Assembly: GCA_951406725.2 (NCBI GenBank)
Contig: OX597830.1
Coordinates: 806,001-870,000, forward strand
Reading direction: 5' to 3'
Origin: Octopus vulgaris
Lineage: Eukaryota
DNA: 64,000 nucleotides
Shown here: positions 26,817 to 40,290 of the stretch, in pieces
Layout of the letters: every line of letters starts with the position of its first letter
Position numbering within the stretch: the stretch's first letter is position 1
The notes under the pieces: model-generated
Seen by the model: only the letters and a program-made list of their open reading frames with translations
Database searches by the model: none
Told to the model about the DNA's origin: nothing
Made by a program: the position numbers and the translations under genes

Positions 26817-27467
26817 CCTCTCTACTATAGGCATAAGGTCTGAAATTGTGGAGCAGGGTTAAGATGATTACATCGACCCCAGTACGCAACTGGTACTTAT
26901 TTTATCGACCCGGAAAAGATGAAAGTAAAGTCGACTTCGTCGGAATTTGAACTCAGAAGGTAAAGAAAAGCGAAATGCTGCTAACCATTTTGCTCGCCGT
27001 GCTAACGATTCTGCCAACACGCCGCCTTAATAATAATAATTTCAAATTTTTGCCACATGGATAGCTTGTGGGAGGTGGAGATGAGTTGACTAAATCGACC
27101 CCAGTACGCAACTGGTACTTATTTTATCGATACTGAAAAGGATGAAAGGCAAAGTTGACCTCGGCGGAATTAGAACTCAGAGCGTAGAGACAGACGAAAT
27201 ACCACTAAGCATTTTGCCCGGCATGCTAACAATTCTATCAGCTCGCTTAATAATAATAATAATAACTGGAGGCACAGAGCCTGAAATTTAGGGGGAGGGG
27301 ACTAGTCGATTACATCGACCCCAGTGTTTCACTGGTACTTAATTTATAGATCTCGAAAGGATGAAAGGAAAAGTCGACCTCGGCGGAATTTGAACTCAGA
27401 AGGTAGCGACGGACGAAATACCGCTAAACATTTAATCAGCGTGTTAACTACTCTGCCAGCTTGCCTA
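26817..27467 (-). mobile_element. Three head-to-tail SINE family A copies (26817-27028, 27042-27248, 27268-27467) separated by (AAT)n
   Basis: Each has cgaccccagt…actggtact…gatgaaag…gtcgacctcggcggaatttgaactcag…ctgcca. Confidence 0.88.
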
Positions 27468-27473
27468 ATAATG

Positions 27474-27565
<92 letters not shown>

Positions 27566-27571
27566 TTAATA

Positions 27572-27955
27572 GTTTAGTATTAAGGAAAGCAAACGGAGGG
27601 TCTCAGTTCAGAAATAGTAAAGGAAAAATTAATCATTTACATTCCATAGATGATCGGAGGGTTTTAGTCAGACTGAAAAAGATTCCTTGATACAGACTGT
27701 AAGACTTTTTAGCAAAGATATAGGCATGGAATTTGGCATAGGTAAATGTGGAATACTAATCATGAGAAGGGGACAGGTAGACACCAGTGAAGGCATCCAA
27801 TTACCAGATGGCCAGACATTAAAATCATTAAAAGAAGGAGAAAGTTATAAGTATGTCAGGCTATTAGAGTACCGACTATAGAAATGTAAAGCTAATTGCG
27901 AAGGAGTACACCGGAAGGGTGGGGAAGCTAATAAGGTCGAAGCTAAATGCTTGCT
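27572..27955 (+). mobile_element. R4/Dong-clade RT fragment (pseudogene)
   Basis: LVLRKANGG.QFRNSKGKINHL..IDD then IQTVRLFSKDIGMEFGIGKCGILIMRRG…YKY, matching the R4-clade RT domain 5-7 signature (D.GM.FG..KC). It follows (AAT)n. Confidence 0.8.
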
Positions 27956-28951
27956 CTAGTCTATGGCAGTTCAGATTAGAAGCCATGAGAGCCCCTGTCT
28001 GATTATTATTGTTATTATTATTATTATTGTTGTTGCTGCTGCTGTCGTGTCGTGGCTGCTGCTGCTGGCACGCATTACTCTATCCAGATTACAAGTTCAG
28101 ATTTATACCGGTAATTATTGGGGCCCTGGGATATGTACCAATCTGCCTAAATAACAATCATGAGAAATTAGTAAAGTAGCTAGTTGTAAAATCTGAAGAA
28201 GTGATGAGAGTAATAGCTATACTAACAAGTAAGTTTCATCTCCACATCAAAGTAGCTGTTTCATGTTCCTACTAGTCTATTGCCAAACAGATCTTCCGCC
28301 AGCTGGTTATCGGGGCAGACCTGCACCCTGTACATATATATTGCTAGCAGGATACCGAACACCTACTATCCTCCAGCAGATGACAGGATCGGGAAACTGA
28401 CTTTGTTTCGAGCTAGTCTGCACATTTTCAGTCACGATAGAGTAATGATAAACTGCTTTGATGATCGATGTTACTATCTTCACGGAGCTTTCTACTTACA
28501 AATTCATGCATAGTCTTCTGCTCATATAGGCTCAGCCTTTTATCTGATGATATGTTGCAGTAGAGTCGTGCGACTTCTTTGGGCAGGTATTCTAGGTTAT
28601 CAGACAAAGAGTGTTGCTCAAGGAGCTGCCTTTCAAGTCTCACTATATTAACAGCCTCATGTACTGTGGGCGTCTGCAACATCACAGAGGTCTTTCCGAA
28701 AAATCTATATGATGACGTGTCAGCTTCTTCGAATAAAAACCACTGTAAATTTATGGTGATTGCGTCATTCATTTAGTTTTTGTCATTCATTAATTGACAT
28801 CTATTTTGGTGAGAGGATGCGTTTGTGGGTTTGTGTATGCACGTACAAGCATATATATACATAAATAGATATGTAACATATACATATATATGCATATGTA
28901 AATATATTTATGCACGTATATATATATATATGTATGTATGTATATATATAC

Positions 28952-29004
<53 letters not shown>

Positions 29005-30869
29005 ATAAAAGGGCTTAGTAAAATAAATTACTTTGCCACATACTGAACTCATTAGAAATAGCAGCCAAAAAAAGATTTTTTAGCCATTTCTAATACTTAA
29101 AGAAAATTTCTCTCAGATAGTGTTTGCCTGCATGTGAAACTGATGTTATGATGATAAAGCATTTCCTGCTTGAATTTGGTTATCAGCCATTTAGATCCTT
29201 ACAGAGGAAATGGCGGTGAAAATTGTAAATCTGAAAGGGAAAATTCTACCTGTTTCTAATGTGATGGACAAATCAAAACATTGATAAATATTCGATTATA
29301 TTCGTAATATCCTTCTTGTATGCCATCCCGTTGATAACTAACTGTATTCTATGCCATGCAAAGACTTGCAAAAACATTTGAAGAATTCCTTGGATCCAGC
29401 ACTATTCAAAATTTATTGAAATGAAGAAAAAGCAAAAACCACAAAGATTCAAGTATTTCCTCTCTAAGTTTTCATTATAAATCATGAAATGTTATATTTG
29501 TGCACGTGTTAGTGCGTGTATATATGTGTACAAGTGTGTTTGTGTTGTGAGTTTTTATTCATATATACAAATAGTTGGCTGTGTATATAAGAAAGTGAGA
29601 AATCTGAAGACCTAATTAAATCCATGAAACGCACATCTGTCGCCAGCCAGTTCAATGTTCACTTACTCGCAGAAACTCTAAACCAGCCAACTGACCTGTT
29701 CAACGCAGCAAAACGTTAACATTCTGAAACACAACATATTTTCTTGTTCCTGATTAGTTTCGTGAATAGGTATCAGGCAAGCCTTCAACTCTTTATATAC
29801 TCCCCTAAGTCTGCTTTCTGTCCATTATTAACGTGTTTAAATCTGAAATATATCAGTTAATCTTGTTGAAACAATTAATAACATGAGTTAGAGGCTATTT
29901 ACATCATCAGGTAAGACGGAATAATTCAAAAGTATTTTCTAAAGCTGCTGAGCAGAAATAAAGTATTGTCATGATTGAATGATAATCCATTCCGTGTCTG
30001 AAAAATACAGATTCTGTGTGAAATCAGGGAGGGGGAAAATCTGTTGATAAGTTGTAGGCTCAACAGGTGATTTATTTAAATTACATAATTAATGAAAAGA
30101 AAGAAACAACTGTTTGTAATTAAATTTTGTCAAATAGTGAACCGAGATAACTGCAATTTGTTGAAGTTACATAAAATCAAGATGTCAGATTCTTGACAGA
30201 AGTCTTAAAACGAAATCGTCGACCAGGAATGTACCAACACCGTATGGTACATAGTATTTTCTTCAGAGTGGTAACATATAATTCGATCCCAAACATTTGG
30301 ACTTATTTTCAAAATGCGAAAGAGAACAAAAACGGATAGAAATATCGATCGAACTGTCTTCGTTTAATCAACTCAATCAAGCTAGTTGCAAGGAGGAACC
30401 TTAACAACAAACAAACAGTTCACAACAACAACAAAACAATGATTCAGATGCGATACACACATGATTACATCTTGTACTCACACAAACAGTAGTAAACAAA
30501 AATTAGTCGAAATCGCACCATCCTTCCACCCCGCCACCAACATACAACGTTGTCAAAACATCATAAGATTGAGCATCGAATTTAATCAGGGACGAGGTAT
30601 ATTTTTGTATTAATATTTCTGACGAACAAATACTCGTTATTCCTGCTGCTGTTGGTTTTTGATGTCGTTGTTTTCCATTTCCTTATTTGTCTTTCCTTCT
30701 TCGCGTTCTTCTTATTCTTTTCCTCCTCACCCCCTTCTACTCTTCCTTCTATATACACATTAACGTTAACAATTTTTATGCAAGTATATAAAATTGGTAA
30801 GAGTAAATGAAATAGAGATCACTACAAATGTGTCACACAATATTATTGATATATATATATATATATATA

Positions 30870-30998
<129 letters not shown>

Positions 30999-31711
30999 AA
31001 TCCAAACAAGAAAACACAAAAAAAAAATATATATATTGATACTGAAAGGGAGTGACAGAAAGAGAGATCTATGTGTATATGTTTGCCTATGTGTGTATAA
31101 ATACACCTATGCATATATCTCGGGGAAGGGTGCAAATATCGAATATACTTTTTTAATATCCCCATTCTGATAATGGTTCTGCATTCCATTTCAGACACTT
31201 CCTTGTTATTTCTCAGATATACACTGAATTTCAAAGTCTCAATACATAAGTCAAAACAGACACGCACACCAACGTTCACTATTTGCTGTACAAGGTACAG
31301 AAATCCTTCAGCATATCTTACCGTGTATATGAAGGAAACGATGTGCATTAGATATAATCAGCTAGAGTTTAACAGTTCCCAGGATTACCAAAGGTGGGCG
31401 TTCTTTTTTTGGTTGAACTTTAGTCAATCCAAAGCGTCTTCATCTCTTAAAAATCGTATTCTAGCCGTGGTAAACCAGTTTTTTATGGCACAGTGTGTCT
31501 GGGACTATTATTTTTTGTGTTATTCTTTTTAAGTAAAACCTGTGTAAAAGCTGTCTTTGAATGACGGTTGTCGTGCTGACAGATATTGTTGTATTTGGAA
31601 GTGGTCGATAGAATGTTTCTATCTCCAGTCGTACAATGTTATTTTCAAGGTGTTGGATCGATATAACGTCCTCTCAGTATAATTACTGTAACAGTACAGA
31701 TGCAACTATCG

Positions 31712-32099
31712 TTTCCTACTCTAGGCACAAGGCCAGAAATCTTTGGGGAGGGGCCAGTCGATTAGATCGACCCCAGTACGCAGCTGGTATTTAATTTATC
31801 GACCCCGAAAGGATGAAAGGCAAAGTCGACCTCGGCAAAATTTGAACTCAGAACGTAGCGGCAGGCGATATGCCTATTTCTTTACTACCCACAAGGGGCT
31901 AAACACAGAGGGGACAAACAAGGACAGACAAACGGATTAAGTCGATTACATCAACCCCAGTGCGTAACTGGTACTTAACCCCGAAAGGATGAAAGGCAAA
32001 GCCGACCTCAGCGGAATTTGAACTCAGAAGGTAACGACAGACGAAATACATCTAAGCATTTCGCCCGGCGTGCTAACAATTCTGCCAGCTCGCCGCCTT
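31712..32099 (-). mobile_element. Dimeric SINE family A
   Basis: Two cores (31760-31860 and 31940-32040) joined by a unique spacer (ctacccacaaggggctaaacacagaggggacaaacaagg), with one head and one tail. Confidence 0.8.
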
Positions 32100-33243
32100 A
32101 AAACAGACATAGCTACCAATACATCCTACATGTACTTTCCTAGTTATAGTGACTAGGTTATTCCATTCGTCACGTGGGAGGGTGTACCATTATTACTAAT
32201 TCCCTACAATATCCTCCCCCTCTTAAGTTTTACTTAGGTAGTGTCATTTCATTTAGCAATAATATTCTTATTCAACTCATCTCCCTTTTCTGAGTGTATT
32301 TTTTCTGACCAATTTAATTTTGTTTTCCTCCTGGCATCTAATTCACAACAACAACTTAAAACGTGGACTTAATCGGTGGCTTCCTGTAACTCGCCCCCTC
32401 GTTCCTTGGATGCAGTTAACACATTGCCCTCTCCGAATATCCACCCCCAATTCCAGTTCATTGGAATAATATCACCATCAAAAACCTCACATTCATCAAA
32501 AAGCCCCAGAGTGTTCAAACCCTAGGTCCACTGTCATCATTCAACTTACATAATCTCATGAGTCGGTGGCTACAGAAGCAAACCGCCCTCAAATCCTCAA
32601 CCTACCTCTGTATGAAAACAGGTCACACGTTTCTGATTTCTTGCTCTTTGAGAGAGGAAATAATATATTCATGATAGGAGTCCCCTTCATCATACGTCTT
32701 GCGGATCAAGAGCAACTTGGGAATAAGAACAACGACAACAATTACGACCACAAAAATAACTTGAACAGTATCTCCTTGAGAACTGTCTTTAATGTAAATT
32801 GAATGAGGAGAACTCAATGGAAGAATTAGTTTAAAAGTTTATTGAATGGTGGCTTGTTAGCAGTAGAATATTTTGCAGTTGATATTTATTGTCGCTCCAT
32901 ACTGCAATTACTAAACACCTTACTATAAACATCAACTAGATGCACAAACAAATATACACACGTACACATACACGCAGATATATGTTTACGCATACACACA
33001 TAGACATACATGCATGCACACAGATTCCTCTCATTCCCTCGCACGTACACACTCATATAAATGAAAATGGAGCAGCACGTTTCGATACACTCACACAAGA
33101 ATTCCATTCCTGCAATGCACGCCTAAACATAACCATGAACAGATACATACACAGGCATAAAACTACACATACACCAATATACACAACCATACGAGCTTCT
33201 ACATAGACGCAGACGACTATTATGTCACGCCCCCTATACATAC

Positions 33244-33292
<49 letters not shown>

Positions 33293-33624
33293 TGCATACA
33301 TATATACGTACCTACGAATGTGTGCAGATATGCCTGTAAATAAGTGTCCGCATGTGTATATATACATATACACATAGAAACCAAGCTACATTCACGCAAA
33401 CACACACACATACACACTCAAACACACAGACACACACATATAGATACTCACACACGCACTCCATGGCTGTATGTACGTACTCACACATACAGACGTAATG
33501 TCAAATAAAACAAGATTTAATGATAGGTGGTTCTCGCATATTTTCCAATCCGTATATAATAATTAAATCTTCTATGTGATTTCAGAAATCTATATTTCGA
33601 ACAATTTAATTCTTTCACATATGA

Positions 33625-33692
<68 letters not shown>

Positions 33693-34109
33693 TTCGTTTG
33701 AAGCATAAAGAGGAATTAATTGCAAGTTGTCTTCTGCCAGCATCAAAGAATCGTGAATATTTAGTGAGTTCCAAACAATTCTGTAAACTCAACAAGCTGA
33801 CTATAATTCCTGGTAATGAAGCAGCAGACATTCTATAGACTCTATGGAGATTAAGTGGTTTACTTTTACAAATTACAAACTACTTGAAATATTTAACGTT
33901 GAGGACTTCACTGTAGCAACAAGAAAATATAGATTGTGTTTCATGACAGTTAAAACTACAGTACTGCATCATCATTAATTATTAACATCGTAGCAGCAGC
34001 AGCAGTTAAAGGTTTAGGTAGGTGCTGAAGTTGCTGGAAAGAACAGCTGAGATTCTTTCAAATAGCAAAACCTGTCTCTTGGTTATACTCAATGATGGAA
34101 CGTCACAAT

Positions 34110-34865
34110 TGTATCACAACTTCATCGACTCCAATTCGGAATCGATGATGTAGTGATAGACGTCCGATAGATATTGTAGAGGTTTTTCAGTGAGGTCTCT
34201 CATGGTAAATGCTTCCTTCACAGTACTCGTTCTGGACCTAAATCTTGTTTGTTCTTCTGTAAGGATCTCTTCTGCCATCCCCTTAAGTTTGTTTAGCAAA
34301 CCTCTTAACAATAGCTTGTTGGGGTGACTAATTAGGCTGATTGTTCCTATAATTTTGGCTGAGCCTGAAGTTGCCTTTCTTGGGATTGGGTATCATCGGT
34401 GATAGGGCCAACTCGTTTGGCCACTGTTTCGTCTCTCATATCTTCTGACGAGTAATTGTTAGTGCCTTGAGCTTCGGCCTTTCATGTTTTAGGAGCTCCG
34501 GAAGGATGTTTTCCACTCTCGAGGATTTCTCCCCTGTGAGCATGCGCACTGCCTCTTCGTCTTCCTCCTGGGAAATTGGAGCATCCCTAAGTTCCCTGTT
34601 ATTATTGTTGTTAGAATTGTTTAGCATGTTGCTCTCATGTTTGAGTTTGTGATTGTAAAGGTCTTTGCAATTCTCAAACAATTTGTTGATGACATCATAC
34701 TCACAACATGAGATGCAGATCTGTTTTGTCTTCAATGATCATGGTGATGTGTTCCTTTATTTTGGTTAGGATTTTGAGGGTTTCAGAAGAAACCTTGCTG
34801 TTGATATTCTTTATCCTAGCTTCGATTATTTTTTTCTTGACTGTTATCCATTCCTCCTTCTCTTC
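34110..34865 (-). mobile_element. RTE-clade LINE, inverted 5' segment (pre-RT to RT domain 3)
   Basis: EAVRML…KS..V.NILPELLK; PIPKKGN…YRTISLISHPNK; MLRGLLNKLK…EEQ..FR..TST…YHYIID. Confidence 0.85.
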
Positions 34866-34869
34866 CTTC

Positions 34870-35660
34870 GCTTACCCCTTAACCTTCGGAGAATATCATG
34901 CAGGAGACACGTCTACCCCTGTGTTTCCAATGGGGGGACGGCCCATTTCCAGCCAGCGCTTTGCTGGTGATATTGACCTTTTAGGAAGAAGCTGAACAAC
35001 AGCGGCTCGCCACCACAGCGTAAAATGTAGCAGGAGCATACAAGAAAGAAATTAGACCAGAAAAGAACAAAATCTTGGTTGACAGTAACAAATAAAACTC
35101 AGTAAACATCATCCTGAATGTAGAGAGACTTGATTAAGTTGACAGCTACAAGTGCTTAGGATCCAGTCTGGTTAGGGACAGCATATCTCAAAAGGCGAAA
35201 ATAACAAGCCTCAGTTCAGCCTCTGCTTCTATGACGAAACTTAGCACCATATGGTGTTTTCTAACAAGACTCAGAGTGGACAAGTCACTGGTAACTACAA
35301 TCCTTGTCCATAGATGTTACAACTGACATTGAACGAAGAATCTAGGCATTTCAGTATAAGTGCTTCAAAAGCCCGCTGCACATCCGATGCACAAAGCACA
35401 AAAGCGACAGCCCTGTCAGGTATGAAGACAACATATACGCTGGCAAAAACCAGTCTTTGCGCAGGTAAAAAGACGAAATCTTGCTTGGTACGTTCATATA
35501 TCCTGCTACAACTCCATGTCCAAAGCCATTCTTCAAGGTAGAATTGAGGGAGGCCGAAAGAGAAGCAGACACCGACAATCCTGGTTTGACAACGTCAAGG
35601 ACATGACAGGTTATAACAGAGTGGCAACGGCTGACCCCAAAAGCGACCCAAGAGGAGCAT
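34870..35660 (+). mobile_element. RTE-clade LINE, sense 3' segment (RT domains 4-7 to C-terminus)
   Basis: NL..ENIMQET…MGGRPISSQRFAGDIDL (FADD-like), V.SYKCLGS, and SMSKAILQGRIEGGRKRSR..SWFDNVK. Confidence 0.82.
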
Positions 35661-35913
35661 CCCAACGATTGTTTACATCATTTCACGGATCCTGATGATC
35701 ATGACTTAACAGCATGGAAATGCAATATAATTATTCCAGTTTTAAACACAGTAACATTCTATCCTGCATCTTGATATTCTACAACTTCTCACGACCTATT
35801 TTAAACTGTCTCTGAAATCAGAGACTCATAGAGGGAACTATTAAATGGTCATCTCATTTACTAGAAATGATAGCCTCAACCCCTTTAATTATTTCAAATC
35901 CTGTTAAAAAATG

Positions 35914-35996
<83 letters not shown>

Positions 35997-36111
35997 GTGA
36001 AATAGAAAGATGAATAATCTTGTTGCAGATTAATCAAAAGTTTATACTCGAAACACGTGTAGAATGAAATAAAACGATTTCTGTTCAATCTTCGTTCAAC
36101 TCCAATTCACT

Positions 36112-36171
<60 letters not shown>

Positions 36172-36279
36172 GCATGTATGTATGTGCGTGTATGTTTGTG
36201 TGTGTGCCTGTGTGCATACGGTTGGTATGACTTTGATCATACATCAGCCGATGAGTGTTACGGCAGGGAAGATTAAACC

Positions 36280-36860
36280 ACAAAAACAACAACCCTTATG
36301 GAGACGGCATTCATTATGTCTGCCGCACCCTTTTAAGTTTTCAGAATGCAAATATGCGTCCCTCTTTACAGAATAGAAATCCGCAACATAAAAGCTTGGG
36401 GGGAAGAAACCTCAACCTGGTATCTCGAGCTGCTAAAATCAACAATGAAATCTTCTTGAAATTGCATCTCTCTGGACATGTAAACGAGACTTACAAATCT
36501 GAATATAACATAAAACTCAACTGAGCCTCGGATGTCTTTCCGGTTTAAGACGTTAGCCATTGAGTATTTCAAGCAAAGACCAGTTTGAACGAGTTTCCGT
36601 TTCCTGGAGTCTCTAACATTTTTTGCAGTGCTTTTTCTCGATACAGGGAAAGGTGTGATGGACACCGTTTGAACAATCAGGGGTACATTCAATCAATTCC
36701 ACTGTAGGAATAATGCAATAATGGGTAATCTCCTTTTTGTTCATTTTTCTAATTAATTCGTTAAACCCTCCCAGGAAACTGATGTTATATACACTCGTGT
36801 AACATTTCTCTGTAGAAACCATTAATAATATTAACAATACTTCTAATATAAAAGACAATA
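36280..36860 (-). mobile_element. Possible piggyBac-like transposase C-terminal remnant
   Basis: ISFL..FNELI…H..P.IEKKHCKKC…GLCLKY resembles a Cys-rich tail, and aaccctt near 36290 resembles a TIR. Weak. Confidence 0.25.
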
Positions 36861-37322
36861 TAATTAAGTCTTATCTTATTAATTAAGGAACCGATGAACA
36901 AGTTTCCCGTCGCAATTCTCATTGACTAAATCGTAATGAGCTTCTGATATTTATGTGCTAAATATATCGTGGAGTACAAGTGTGAAAATGCATTAGATGC
37001 ACTGAATCGGCTGAAAATTCATTCAACAGATGAATGCGAAGTGGATCTTACCGCATAATTTTATGTTGATCAGAAAAATAGATCACAAACCATTGAACTT
37101 TGATTGATTTACATAGCAAATACAATAGGCACGCAATAGCAAGTGTATGTACAGTCGTATATACATATATATGCGTGTGTGTGTGTGTATGATATATATA
37201 TATATATGAATATATATATGTGTGCGTGTGTGTATATATATAAACATATATATATATATTCACATTACACATATATACATACCTATATACACATATGTGT
37301 AATATATATAATCAATGATATA

Positions 37323-38286
37323 CAGGGTGCAATGGGTAAATTGACGCCATTTTATATTTTTAATTTCGCGCAGGCGCATTGCTTGTGTTTGATTTTGTTG
37401 ACTACACAATCGAGTCAGTTGGGCACCGTCTGTGTGAAAAACAGCACCATGATGCAATTCAGTCTGTCAGAAATTGGGGAACGACATGTCGTGATACTTG
37501 GCATACGAGCAGATAGTGAACACGCAGAACAACTGTTGAGTTGCCGTGTCTCCAAATCATTCCACACAGCAGGAGAACCCTGTCATGGCTGTCAGACAAT
37601 TTCTGCGACTATGTCACCCCTACCTCCTTGGTATGTGGGGCGCATTTCAGAGTGTTTGGGTGTCAATCTGAGGACAATGCAATCTGAGAACATGTACCGA
37701 ATGTGATAAATATCAAACATCCAGTAAACATCATGGTGTTTGGAGTGATCACTAGTGATGGCAACGTTATGCCTCCATTCCCACACAGCCTCGCACTCAA
37801 CACAGAGGCCCCTGAGTCTAGAGGGTGGTTGCTGGAAGATCCTATGTTTGTCATCAGGACTCTGCACAATTCCACACAAACAGGAGAACCTAGTGATGGT
37901 TCTCAGACAATTTCTGCAACCACATCACCCCCTAACATCTGGCCACCTAACTCTCCAGACTGCGACACCCTTGATTATTATGTGTAGGGCACAGTTGAAC
38001 GAGAGACCAACAAAATTCCCTGTAACACCAAAGATGAATTGAAGGCAAAGATTATGGCAGCATTCACCAACTTAAACAAGGAGACCGTCCAAAAGAGATG
38101 TAGGAGATTCCGAAGTTCTCTGGAAGATAGGGTTGAAGCCAATGGCGGATTTTATTGAATACATTTACTCTTTAGTAATTGAAGATATTTTTTTGTAATT
38201 TTGGTAAATATATCTGTTAAAATGAGATGTTCAGTGTTATTTTCATTTTTGCGTAATTTAGACGATAATATATTCACCGCACCCTG
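37323..38286 (+). mobile_element. Tc1/mariner DD37D (maT-like) transposon, internally deleted, both TIRs present
   Basis: TA|CAGGGTGC…GCACCCTG|TA. Translation KHPVNIMVFGVITSDG..MPPF, QDSA..H, IWPPNSPDC..LDYYV, KDELKAKIMAAF…CRRFR..LE..VEANG. Confidence 0.9.
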
Positions 38287-38774
38287 TAAATATTTATAAA
38301 TGTATGTGTGTGTGTATATGCATATGTACATATGTAATATATATGTGTGTTAATTTCAGGGATACCAGTCACCATGATGCGAATGTCTTCCTTGTACTGA
38401 TGACGCTTTTATTATAACCTCTAGTGTAAAAAGGATTTGTCCGTGCCTGACTCTGAACCTCTGTAACAGTGAGACACTAGAATGCTTCCTTAATACTTGA
38501 TTTGTCAAATGGGAGAACGGAGTTGTACTAAAGCTGGCAATGGCTTCAGCACAAATGACAGGAATAATTGTTTGACGTGTTTGCCGATAATTGTGTTCAA
38601 CCTAATTTCGCTTGCAAATCTATGGTTGATGCAAGGCTACTGGAAAACACGCTAATGGCACTTGGCAATAGGAATGATCCAGAAATAATGTTTCTGGAGC
38701 CACATTCTCAACCATATGGCCACAGCATTTCGGCATAATCCAGATTGGCAGAAGATGATTATTTCAAGCATGAT

Positions 38775-38848
38775 CATCAGACATGCTCAGAAGGTAGTGT
38801 GACAATAATAAAGATATGTTATGGCGAATAATTTTTTACTTCACCTCG
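38775..38848 (-). mobile_element. Mariner terminal fragment (duplicate of 39696-39757)
   Basis: cagaaggtagtgtgacaataataaagatatgttatggcgaataatt…cctcg|TA is nearly identical to 39696-39757. Confidence 0.65.
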
Positions 38849-39299
38849 TATATATATATATATGTGTGCGCGCGCGCAAAATCGATAGGAGATATGGAAG
38901 CAACTGTAAAAACAGTTAAACAAGAATCAGAAACAAGAATCAGCCTATTTCCGAAGATTTGAATTTATTCCCTGATACTAACATTTTGAGCGAAGCAGCG
39001 ATAGGTAATGTCACTGCGATGTTAAGAATATAAAACCTTTGTATCTAGATAACTGCATGAAAATAAGACACAACAGATGCAAGTAATAGAGTTCAATGAA
39101 TATCTATCTAACTGTCTGTCTACCTATCTATCCATCTACCTTGTTAGATAAATAGACATGCCGATAGATAATATTTATTCCAACTTAAGAGCGGATGTTC
39201 TATTAGAACAAACTATAACGCGACAGTTATTATGAGAGAAAATCACATATTGGGCCTTTTTGGTGGAAATGTACACTTGCTTATATTGCTAACGTGGAG

Positions 39300-39757
39300 A
39301 TAAGTCCTCACTACTCCCAGGTAGACGTACTTATTTATATGTTGATGTGTTTCGATAATACCATAGAGTATTCTTCGGTGGTTGGTGACACTGGCTAATC
39401 TAGTTCTCTGTGTTATTTGCTCAACCTTTCACGAAACTGCTGAATTATCCTATAAAAATATTCTTTTAATTACTGACTTTCTTGGATTGCTACTTATCTT
39501 TTTGATTACCATTTGTATAATGCTCTTAAGTTGTTAAAAAGAAACAAATGAAGACACTCTTTGTTCCTTGCTCGCCTTTGGTACACATTGTTAGTAAAGC
39601 GAACAGCCATACACAGCAAAGCCAGAAAAACGGCGCAATCAGGCTCAACTTTTGATCACGTGATCACAAGAGCACCGCTTATAAGCACGCATGCGCAGAA
39701 GGCAGTGTGACAATAATAAAGATATATTATGGCGAATAATTTTTGACTTCCCCTCGT
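39300..39757 (-). mobile_element. Degraded mariner 5' fragment
   Basis: Terminus CGAGGGGAAGTCAAAAATTATTCGC with broken CTKGEQ..SVFICF and WI.QFREG-like translation. Confidence 0.55.
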
Positions 39758-40066
39758 GTATGTATATGTGTGTGTGTGTGTGTGTGAAATAGATAAACGA
39801 CACTGAACTTAGAGGATTGAGCGATTATTTGAAATGGCGATTTCTTAATTTGTACCAATCACAATAATTCCATCATAATTCGGCGATGTGTACAGTGAAG
39901 TAGAAAATGCAGAGACATTGACGAAAGAAGATCAAGAGGCGACTGTAAGTGAATATTGCGACTGTGAATATCATTCATTTGACACACACATATATATAAA
40001 TATGAATGCATACATACATACATGTGTGTGCGTACGCGCATGTGAGTGACTGTATGTATATATATA

Positions 40067-40102
<36 letters not shown>

Positions 40103-40103
<1 letters not shown>

Positions 40104-40290
40104 TTTATTTTAAGCAGCAGAAAATTCCACAAAATCTGTTACTCTGAGTTTCTCGTTGCCGTTCATCAGACAGTTTTTGCTAGAACAGATTTTGTTGAAT
40201 TTTCTGCTGCTTAAAATAAAGCATATTACTCTACCACTGGTATTTGAGTACTCTTTTTTCCACCTTGTTTCACATTTATGTGTTTACTCC

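Noticed and set aside
26817-27467. Repeat-spacer pattern resembling a CRISPR array
   Set aside because: The units are about 200-bp SINEs in eukaryotic DNA, and there are no cas genes.
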